This document shows, piece after piece, positions 1 through 6,153 of a stretch of DNA of 28,369 nt (positions are counted from its first letter, which is position 1; every line of letters starts with the position of its first letter). The translations under genes and the position numbers were made by a program. Source of the stretch: a virus (Duplodnaviria; Caudoviricetes); IMG/VR virus record IMGVR_UViG_3300038673_000365, positions 1 through 28,369 of that record; one strand, given 5' to 3'. A model generated the notes under the pieces. It saw only the letters and a program-made list of their open reading frames with translations. It was not told the DNA's origin and searched no databases.

Positions 1-1
1 C

Positions 2-757
2 CTCCCGGGTCGGCATGGTTTCCGGGACGTCGGCCGGGACAACCTCGGGGGCCGGGGGCTGTTCATCCGGGCCGATCACTGTTCCCGGGAGGTCGGCACC
101 CTTCGGGGCCTCCGGCTGGTTGACCGGAATCAGGTCGTTGAGATCCACAGGATTGACCGCATAGGTCCCGGTCTTGTCCGGGGCCGCGTCGTAAACGTCC
201 CGGACCTCCTCCGCAGTCTGGAGCCCCATCGCAATCTCGGGGGCGATGGTGCGCACAAACCAGGCCGCCGCACGATACCGGAGCATCTGTTCAGGCATGG
301 TCTGCCATTTCGAGCCGGGCTTCTGGAACCAGCCTTCCTTTTTCGCCAGTGCGATGGTGACGAGCGGGCCGACCAAAAACTCGCCCGTGGAAAGCTCCGT
401 TGCCGTGGCCCTGCACCCCCAATCATCCCGCCCCTCGACCCCGGTGAAGTCGTAGCGGATGGAGGAGAATCGGCCGCACTTATTGAACGTGGCGATGAGG
501 AACTGTGCGGACCAAGACGGCGTGCCGTGGACTACATAGAGCGACTGCATCACCATCATGGGATCGGCCCCCATTCTGGAGGCCATGTTCAGAGCAATCA
601 CACAGTTCGGGAGGTTCCCCTGGTATGCCTTCGGGACCAGAGAAGAGGCCGCAAAGCATTTCGCAATGCGCTGGGCGAGTTCAAAAGACTGGCTATCCGT
701 CAAGCCGACGCTGATAGGGCTTTGTGTTGTAGCCGTAGGCACGAGTTGATTTTCCAT
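2..757 (-). CDS. recT: RecT/Redbeta-like single-strand annealing recombinase (3' end runs off the window)
   Basis: Read manually (absent from ORF track because it has no stop): MENQLVPTATTQ...AKCFAASSLVPKAYQGNLPNCVIALNMASRMGADPMMVMQSLYVVHGTPSWSAQFLIA...KWQTMPEQMLRYRAAAWFVRTIAPEIAMGL; directly downstream of a RecE-like exonuclease. Confidence 0.85.
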   Translation of the reverse strand, partial: MENQLVPTATTQSPISVGLTDSQSFELAQRIAKCFAASSLVPKAYQGNLPNCVIALNMASRMGADPMMVMQSLYVVHGTPSWSAQFLIATFNKCGRFSSIRYDFTGVEGRDDWGCRATATELSTGEFLVGPLVTIALAKKEGWFQKPGSKWQTMPEQMLRYRAAAWFVRTIAPEIAMGLQTAEEVRDVYDAAPDKTGTYAVNPVDLNDLIPVNQPEAPKGADLPGTVIGPDEQPPAPEVVPADVPETMPTRE

Positions 758-760
758 GGT

Positions 761-1594
761 CTATCTCCTCTTGGCCCAGGCGGGCCGGGTGATGGTTTCG
801 ATTCGGGGAGAGTACGCAGGCCACTCGTTCCGGGCCAGGCAGTCCTTGAGGCGGAAAAGGTCGTTCTGGTAGGCCTCCCGGCCGTCCTCGACATCGACAT
901 CCGCCAGCTGGTAGCAGGCCACGGCGTAGGGGGCCTTTTTCTCCACGGCGATGAAGGCAAAGGCCGTCACCCTCTCCCCTATGGCCTGTTCGATCCCGTC
1001 CGAGTAGAAGGCGGCCTGAACGTGATAGCGGAAGTTCTCGATAGACCGGGAGAACTCCGCCTCGGAGGCGTCCTCGGTCGTCTTCAGGTCCACCAGAATG
1101 ACACCCCGCTCGGTCCGGATCAGCTTGTCCGGGCGACACCGGCAAAGTAGCCCGGTTGCCGGGTCGATCCAGTAGGCCGAGTGCTCGACGAACCCGGGCC
1201 CCAGGAGCCAGGACGCGGCCGGGTGTGCGTAGACGGAAGCCCTCATGCCCTCCAGGGTGTCGAGCTCCTCCTGGGTCACGATCTCCTTTCCCTCGGCCTC
1301 GACCTGGGCCTTGAAGGCCTTCCACTCCTTCGTGTTCTTGTTCAGGTCAGGGCCCACGACCACGTTCAGCTTGTGGGGCTCCAGAACGGCCAGGTGGGCC
1401 AGGGAGCCGAACCGCTGGGCCGCGGTCGGGGCCTTCTTCGGAGCCGTCCGGGCGTACTGGTAGTGGGCCGGGGACTTCGCAATCTGGTCCAGTTGGGACT
1501 TCGAGACGCCGGCTCCGTTGTGGTATTGATCAATGGGTAGGTCTGGAATAAGACCGGCCCCGACAAGGGAGCCAGCGTCTTGCAAGTTCAGCAT
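761..1594 (-). CDS. recE: PD-(D/E)XK exonuclease, RecE/exonuclease VIII-like (DUF3799 type), 277 aa
   Basis: YH...VSKSQLD, FGSLAHLAVLEP, CRCRPDKL...LVDLKTT, YHVQAAFYSDG motifs; start reassigned to ATG 1594 behind AAGGAGG. Confidence 0.9.
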   Translation of the reverse strand: MLNLQDAGSLVGAGLIPDLPIDQYHNGAGVSKSQLDQIAKSPAHYQYARTAPKKAPTAAQRFGSLAHLAVLEPHKLNVVVGPDLNKNTKEWKAFKAQVEAEGKEIVTQEELDTLEGMRASVYAHPAASWLLGPGFVEHSAYWIDPATGLLCRCRPDKLIRTERGVILVDLKTTEDASEAEFSRSIENFRYHVQAAFYSDGIEQAIGERVTAFAFIAVEKKAPYAVACYQLADVDVEDGREAYQNDLFRLKDCLARNEWPAYSPRIETITRPAWAKRR

Positions 1595-1758
1595 GGGCGA
1601 ACCTCCTTTTGTTTCTGGCCGGGGGTGCAATCCCCGGCCTTTTTTCTTTCGGTGGAGAAGAAGTGCCGGGCCAGTTTGTAGCTCGGGATTTCGATGACGC
1701 GGGTCTTCCCGGGAAGCCCTACGGCCTCCCGGAACCGCTCCCAAAGGGTCGGTGTCAT
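1588..1758 (-). CDS. Small hypothetical protein, 56 aa (MTPTLWERFREAVGLPGKTRVIEIPSYKL...)
   Basis: ATGA overlap with the upstream stop and stop overlapping the exonuclease start; fills the gap exactly. Confidence 0.6.
   Translation of the reverse strand: MTPTLWERFREAVGLPGKTRVIEIPSYKLARHFFSTERKKAGDCTPGQKQKEVRPC
1617..1649 (+). terminator. Intrinsic terminator-like hairpin, antisense to the early left operon
   Basis: GGCCGGGG-gtgcaat-CCCCGGCC followed by TTTTTTCTTT on the + strand. Confidence 0.55.
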
Positions 1759-2045
1759 GCGGCGCGCTCCTTCGCCCGGGCCAGGGCGTCCAGTTCATCC
1801 TGAACCCGGCCGAGCTCGTCGACCAGGGCCGTGAACTTCTCCCCCTTGAGCGTCCGGTCCCAAATCTGGCCGAACTGCGTCGGGGTGGCACACTCCAGCA
1901 CCCGGAGCCGCTTGACGGCCTTCAGGCACTCCTCGTAATTCTCGTCCCTGTCCTGTTTCATGTCCTCCTCAAGGGACTTGAACAGGGCTTCCAGCAGGCC
2001 CTCGGGGGCCTTTTCTTCAGACATCCGAACCTTGATAGTGGGCAT
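1755..2045 (-). CDS. Hypothetical protein, 96 aa, helical/charged
   Basis: GGAG SD upstream, phage-like codon usage, coupled to the next ORF. Confidence 0.75.
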   Translation of the reverse strand: MPTIKVRMSEEKAPEGLLEALFKSLEEDMKQDRDENYEECLKAVKRLRVLECATPTQFGQIWDRTLKGEKFTALVDELGRVQDELDALARAKERAA

Positions 2046-2257
2046 GGCTACTGCTCCATTTTGTTTTCTGGGATTTCGATGGGGAGCCGGGACGCGTGGC
2101 TATCCAGCTCGGCCGCCGTTTCGTCCCCTGGGCATGGCTATGGTTGAGGCCCCCAGGAAGGGGGCCGGGATTACGACCTGGCCCGCTGAACCGCGGCCGG
2201 GTAAAGGTCGTGGCCCTCAAAGAGAACCGTCCGTGACGTAGTGCTTCATGAATCGGA

Positions 2258-2437
2258 TCATCTCATGTCCTCCGGGAGCAGGGCCACGCGGTCCCGCTCC
2301 AGCCGGTTGAACTCATCACAAAAAGCCTGGGCCGCTTTCTTCGTCTTGAAAGGGTGGAGCCCCTTCACCCAACATCCATCGCCAGACACCTGGGCGAAGA
2401 ACTTGCCGCCCTTTTTCACCACGATTGCCGCTTGCAT
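2258..2437 (-). CDS. Small hypothetical protein, 59 aa (MQAAIVVKKGGKFFAQVSGDGCWVKGLHPFKTKKAAQAFCDEFN...)
   Basis: Read manually; GGAGG SD upstream of ATG 2437; FxTKKAA pattern is common in small phage early proteins. Confidence 0.7.
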   Translation of the reverse strand: MQAAIVVKKGGKFFAQVSGDGCWVKGLHPFKTKKAAQAFCDEFNRLERDRVALLPEDMR

Positions 2438-2448
2438 TCGGACCCTCC

Positions 2449-2473
2449 AAAAGAGAAGGGGCCTTTCGGCCCC
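2449..2473 (-). terminator. Intrinsic terminator (tL1-like position) in the leftward early operon
   Basis: Minus strand GGGGCC-GAAA-GGCCCC-TTCTCTTTT. Confidence 0.7.
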
Positions 2474-2478
2474 CGCTG

Positions 2479-2608
2479 TTATCGAACTTCGTTTTCCGCC
2501 CGCCTTTTCAGAAGCCCCTCGATTTGGGCCTCCCGGTCAGGGTGGAACACCCTTCAGGTAGAAGGTGTGGCCGTTGTTGATCAACTGAACTACGAACTTC
2601 GTTTCCAT
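2479..2608 (-). pseudogene. First ORF of the leftward operon, apparently split (23 aa METKFVVQLINNGHTFYLKGVPP* plus out-of-frame VFHPDREAQIEGLLKRRAENEVR*)
   Basis: Strong GGAGG SD before ATG 2608, stop at 2537-2539; a protein-like second frame continues to TAA 2479-2481 just before the terminator. Confidence 0.4.
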
Positions 2609-2779
2609 CTCGATCCTCCGGGTTGTTTGTGAGTTTGTTCGAGCCCCGAAGGGCTCTTGTAAATCACGATCTTGGCTTGCTGTTGTATCCAGGGGTCCCC
2701 GTACCCACGGTCCGCCTGGAGTGGTTTCTGCCGGGTCGCTTCGGGGTCTAGTTCCCGCCTCGGCTGTTCTTGTTCTCGT

Positions 2780-2791
2780 TTGTCAAAGACC
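2780..2791 (-). promoter_or_regulatory. boxA-like antitermination element
   Basis: Minus strand GGTCTTTGACAA resembles rrn/lambdoid boxA (GCTCTTTAACAA) and lies just downstream of the leftward promoter. Confidence 0.6.
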
Positions 2792-2808
2792 CGCTCTCTT
2801 CGATTTCA

Positions 2809-2856
2809 GAATTATCCACTTGGAAAAAAACTTGCAACACTTTTTTTCCGGTTGGA
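2809..2856 (-). promoter_or_regulatory. Leftward early promoter (PL-like) with two operators (2815-2824 TCCACTTGGA; 2847-2856 TCCGGTTGGA)
   Basis: TTGCAA (2837-2832) followed by GGATAATTC -10 region; AT-rich; operator palindromes shared with the right control region. Confidence 0.65.
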
Positions 2857-2868
2857 TAAAAAAAGGGC

Positions 2869-2908
2869 AAAAAAAATTCGCCCACCGGAAAAAACCGAAG
2901 GGCGATTT
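2869..2908 (-). terminator. Terminator downstream of the repressor gene
   Basis: Minus strand TCGCCC...GGGCGA stem followed by ATTTTTTTT. Confidence 0.6.
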
Positions 2909-2991
2909 ATTTGACCAATACCAAAGGGGTCGAAATCTGCGGTGCACCTCCCCCTCGCGGGGGCTCCTCTTTTTCCCTAGCCAGGACCTGA

Positions 2992-3423
2992 CTAGACCGA
3001 CCTCCTACCAACCGCAGGCCACGCGCACGCGTCACCGGCCCGCGCGACCGTAGATGCCTCACCTTTCGCCGCCGCCAGGATATGGGCCATGTGCTTCGAG
3101 TCGAGCGACAACTCAAGGCAGGCCCTGGCAACATCCAAGGCGACACGGTTCCGGAACTCCTCTTCGTTCACTCCGCCAGGGGGTCCAGCCGCATCGGAGA
3201 CAGCAACGGACCCTGGGCGCAGGAGCCGGAACCCGAGCCTGTCCAACATATCCCCGATGGACGTGAGATAGGTCGTCCGCTCCCCTCTCAAATAGCGGTT
3301 CGTCTGTGTCGCGGCCTGCCCCAAGTATTCGGACATCTGGTTGGCGTTCTTGAACCGTCGACCAGGGCCGACCAGGCCCCGCAGTCCTTCCGTAAAATCG
3401 TCCACGAATCCCATTCTGTCCAT
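2992..3423 (-). CDS. CI-like phage repressor, XRE-type HTH, 143 aa, no recognisable S24 peptidase domain (start may be ATG 3414)
   Basis: NANQMSEYLGQAATQTNRYLRGERTTYLTSIGDMLDRLG is HTH-like; divergent from a cro-like gene; flanked by operator pairs. Confidence 0.75.
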   Translation of the reverse strand: MDRMGFVDDFTEGLRGLVGPGRRFKNANQMSEYLGQAATQTNRYLRGERTTYLTSIGDMLDRLGFRLLRPGSVAVSDAAGPPGGVNEEEFRNRVALDVARACLELSLDSKHMAHILAAAKGEASTVARAGDACAWPAVGRRSV

Positions 3424-3452
3424 ATACCCCTCGCTTTGTCCGTTTGCCTATA

Positions 3453-3501
3453 ACCAACTGGAAAAAAGGGGATGGACTTTTTCTGTCCAATTGGATAGAA
3501 A
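3453..3501 (+). promoter_or_regulatory. Rightward early promoter (PR-like) with two operators (3453-3462 ACCAACTGGA; 3486-3495 TCCAATTGGA)
   Basis: TGGACT (3473-3478)-N17-TAGAAA (3496-3501); perfect palindrome TCCAATTGGA inside the spacer. Confidence 0.65.
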
Positions 3502-3521
3502 CCCCTCCAGAGGTGAAGACC

Positions 3522-3734
3522 ATGAACATCAAAGCAGAACTCGAAAAGGTCCTCGAAAGGACAGGCTGGAGCCCCTCCAGACTCGCCCGTGAAGCCGACA
3601 TCACCCCATCGATGGTGTCCAAGCTCCTCCTGGGTCAGCGGAAGGGCATGCACATGAAAACCTTCCTGAAGCTCCAGCCCTTTTTCCTCGGGGAGCTCCC
3701 CAGGGAGCAGGAGGCCGCCGATGGCTCTCGATGA
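3522..3734 (+). CDS. Cro-like XRE HTH regulator, 70 aa
   Basis: GWSPSRLAREADITPSMVSKLLLGQRKGM HTH; GAGGTG SD; divergent from the repressor. Confidence 0.85.
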   Translation: MNIKAELEKVLERTGWSPSRLAREADITPSMVSKLLLGQRKGMHMKTFLKLQPFFLGELPREQEAADGSR

Positions 3735-3907
3735 AAGCATCACCTTCAAGTGCTCCCCCCGAGTTCAAGGCCTGGCTCCAGAAAGAGGCCTTCGAGCAGG
3801 ACCGGAGCGCATCGGACATCATCAGGGCCTGCCTGATCCTGGCCATGCCCCAGGTGTGGAACATCCGCGGCCTGGACCGGCTTGAGCTCGAAGATATTCG
3901 AAGGTGA
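3721..3907 (+). CDS. Ribbon-helix-helix (CopG/Arc-like) regulator in the cII position; frameshifted at a C6 run if started at ATG 3721, or an N-terminally altered 58-aa ORF from ATG 3731
   Basis: MALDESITFKCS (frame 1, GGAGG SD) joined to PEFKAWLQKEAFEQDRSASDIIRACL (frame 2) gives an RHH strand-helix-helix pattern. Confidence 0.55.
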
Positions 3908-4009
3908 GGGAAGGGCAAGAAGACAAAGGTGGGACAAAAAGAAAACCCCCGGCTCGGGGTCAAATCGAGGCCAGGGGTTCAAAAACAAACAACGAGGTCA
4001 AATTAAGCG

Positions 4010-4861
4010 ATGCACAGGGGCTATGTCAAGGTTTGGAGAAAACTGGAGGACTCCGGGATCTTACAAGATCAAGGGGCGTGCCAGTTTTTTTTATGGGCCA
4101 TGTTCAAAGCAACCCACAAACAACGAAAACAGATCATCGGTAATCAAGTCGTTCACCTTCGCGCAGGGCAGTTCATTTCCGGCAGAAACGTAGCAGCAAC
4201 AGAGCTTGGAATCTCACCAAGCAAGTTTGCCCGGACGCTAGAAAAAATGAAAATGCTCGAATTTGTGGACACCAAACCGAACAACAAATTTACCATTATT
4301 ACCATTGTAAATTGGGACACTTACCAATCTGAACAGGCGCAGAGTGGACAGCAAACCGGACAGCAAACGGACAGCAAACGGACAGCAAGTGAACAACAAA
4401 CGGACACAAACAAGAAAGATAAGAAAGTTAAGAATGAAAGAATAAAGGCAGAAGAGAATATTCCGCACGGCAAGGCCGATGCGGGTCACTCCCCTGCAGA
4501 TGAGCCTTTTTACCTGACCAAGAAAAAGCGCAAGCTCCAGGGTAAACGCCTGGACGCCTTCAACCGCTTTTGGGCCGCGTTTGCCTACCCCAAGGGCAAG
4601 GCCGAAGCCGCAGACGCATGGCTGGATATCCCAACCCTGACCGACTCCCTCGTCGAAACAATAGTGGCCGCCGCAGAGGCCGAGGCTGCAGGCCGCGCAG
4701 ACCTCGTAGCTGGCGGACACACGCCCAAGTGGGCGCAGGGATGGATCACCGGCCGGAGATGGGAAGACGAACCCGCCGCAAAGATCATCGGACCAAAGAC
4801 CATCGAGCAGCAACTCGCGGAGCTTGAAGAGTACCGCAGAACCAAAGGGGTGACGCAATGA
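4010..4861 (+). CDS. Phage replication initiator (O-like, N-terminal winged helix), 283 aa
   Basis: GYVKVWRKL, GQFISGR, KFTIITIVNWDTYQ N-terminal motifs; C-terminal FNRFWAAFAYPKGKAEA...WITGRRWEDE; internal iterons. Confidence 0.88.
   Translation: MHRGYVKVWRKLEDSGILQDQGACQFFLWAMFKATHKQRKQIIGNQVVHLRAGQFISGRNVAATELGISPSKFARTLEKMKMLEFVDTKPNNKFTIITIVNWDTYQSEQAQSGQQTGQQTDSKRTASEQQTDTNKKDKKVKNERIKAEENIPHGKADAGHSPADEPFYLTKKKRKLQGKRLDAFNRFWAAFAYPKGKAEAADAWLDIPTLTDSLVETIVAAAEAEAAGRADLVAGGHTPKWAQGWITGRRWEDEPAAKIIGPKTIEQQLAELEEYRRTKGVTQ
4346..4411 (+). repeat. Iteron array / putative replication origin: six ~11-bp repeats GGACAGCAAAC followed by an A-rich tract
   Basis: GGACAGCAAAC at 4346, 4358, 4369; GGACAGCAAGT 4380; GAACAACAAAC 4391; GGACACAAAC 4402; A-rich 4412-4450. 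Confidence 0.8.
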
Positions 4862-5418
4862 AAGAGCATGAAATTCTGCACGCGGTGAACCAGCTTGCCA
4901 CCTTTTTCAACGCCACCAAGGCCCCAGGCCCTGCCGTCATCGACTCCTGGGCTCCCAAGCTGGCCACGATCCCGTCGGAGGCCATCGGTTTCATTTTGAA
5001 CAAGATCCAAGACGAGTGCGACTCCATCCCCCGGAACCTTCCGAAGGCCTTCCGGGACCTGTACCGCCAATGGAGGGCCTCCAACCCGCAAAAGGAAACC
5101 GAGCGGGAAGGGTGCCGGGATTGTGAGAAGGGAATGCTCTTTCTGGAACGCGTCAGGCAGGACGGGACCGTCGAGACGGGGTCTTGTTTTTGCGCGGCCT
5201 GCACTCCAGGCGACCCTGGCCGGGTCGGCAAGGCCTACTTGTCCGACATGGAAGCCCGCGGATGGAGATCCACAAAGGCGAGGACCATAGGACCTGGCTT
5301 CGGGGACGTCACAGAGCTTCGAGGTAGGCTATCCCGTGCCAGGAAGCAGTGGGACCGGCCAGACGCCGAGCGTAGGGACTATTACGAAGAGAATCAGGAG
5401 GCCGAACTGGCATGGTGA
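4858..5418 (+). CDS. Hypothetical replication-associated protein with Zn-finger-like CxxC...CxCxxC (helicase-loader position)
   Basis: ATGA-coupled to the initiator; GCRDCEKG and SCFCAAC; no Walker A motif. Confidence 0.65.
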   Translation: MKEHEILHAVNQLATFFNATKAPGPAVIDSWAPKLATIPSEAIGFILNKIQDECDSIPRNLPKAFRDLYRQWRASNPQKETEREGCRDCEKGMLFLERVRQDGTVETGSCFCAACTPGDPGRVGKAYLSDMEARGWRSTKARTIGPGFGDVTELRGRLSRARKQWDRPDAERRDYYEENQEAELAW

Positions 5419-5594
5419 ACCCGCCCCGCCCCATCTGCCTGGACGAGCCGTGCACGGCCTGGGAGCCCCGCCGCGGGGGATACTGCGGCCACCAGATCGT
5501 CAACGGGCCCGACTCCTGCCTATACTACGACCCAGAAAGAGAACAGCAACGCCTAGAGCGCATCAAGCGCAAGGCCATGGAGGGAAAGAAATGA
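5412..5594 (+). CDS. Small Cys-containing hypothetical protein, 60 aa
   Basis: Overlap-coupled on both sides; four cysteines. Confidence 0.6.
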   Translation: MVNPPRPICLDEPCTAWEPRRGGYCGHQIVNGPDSCLYYDPEREQQRLERIKRKAMEGKK

Positions 5595-5773
5595 CCGCCA
5601 CGACATACCAGTTCGACCCCGTCCGCTGGGCCAGGTCCATGCAGGGCCGCTTCCGCCTCCCGGACGGCCGGGACCCGTTCTCGCTCATCGTTCAGGACCT
5701 GCAGGACAAGCAAGCCACCATCGACCGCCTGGAAAGGGAGGTCATGCACCTTTTGGACGAGCAGGGGGCCTGA
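5591..5773 (+). CDS. Hypothetical protein, 60 aa (MTATTYQFDPVRWARSMQG...), C-terminal coiled coil
   Basis: ATGA overlap at 5591, GGAGGG SD, stop overlaps the next start. Confidence 0.7.
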   Translation: MTATTYQFDPVRWARSMQGRFRLPDGRDPFSLIVQDLQDKQATIDRLEREVMHLLDEQGA

Positions 5774-6153
5774 TGAACAACCTAGCCGAAATCATCGAAT
5801 ACTGGAAACCGCGCCTCGGGCTCCACTCCTGGGAGATCACCGTCGAGGCCGTCCCCAGGCACAAGCAACAGCGGTGCGCGGAAACTTTTATCCGTCCGCA
5901 GATGGAGCGGGCAAGCATCACTGTCTGGCAAGAGGAAGACAGGGAAGGCGAGGACGATCCCGTCGAACTCGACCTCCTCCATGAGCTTGTTCACGTGCGC
6001 CTATGGGCCATCGACCCGTATGATGCCCAGGGCGTAGTGAATAACTGTAGGGAGGTCGCCATCGACTGGCTGGCCCGGGCGCTTTATGTGGCGAGACATG
6101 GAAAGACACCGTGGGTGAGTCCGTTTGAGGGAGGTGGGGAATGCGAGTCCTAG
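5773..6153 (+). CDS. HExxH zinc metallopeptidase-like protein, 126 aa
   Basis: LLHELVHVRL followed by REVAIDWLARAL (candidate third-ligand Glu helix). Confidence 0.7.
   Translation: MNNLAEIIEYWKPRLGLHSWEITVEAVPRHKQQRCAETFIRPQMERASITVWQEEDREGEDDPVELDLLHELVHVRLWAIDPYDAQGVVNNCREVAIDWLARALYVARHGKTPWVSPFEGGGECES

Noticed and set aside
1595-1891. N-terminal extension of the exonuclease to 376 aa as in the ORF track
   Set aside because: Overlaps two better-supported ORFs; strong SD at ATG 1594
2141-2218. Minus-strand segment ending in ...CCTCAACCA, superficially tRNA-like
   Set aside because: No T-arm TTCRA in the right place, no D-arm, imperfect acceptor stem; kept only as a generic structured region
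2738-2747. GCTTCGGGGT matching the right half of the late activator box
   Set aside because: Lacks the GAAG left arm; CTTCGG is common in GC-rich hairpins in this window
2880-2889. GCCCACCGGA as a third left operator, 33 bp from 2847
   Set aside because: Poor left half-site and fully explained as part of the terminator stem-loop; cannot be supported
4346-4411. Repeat array as a mini-CRISPR
   Set aside because: 11-bp head-to-tail units without spacers and no cas genes; fits iterons
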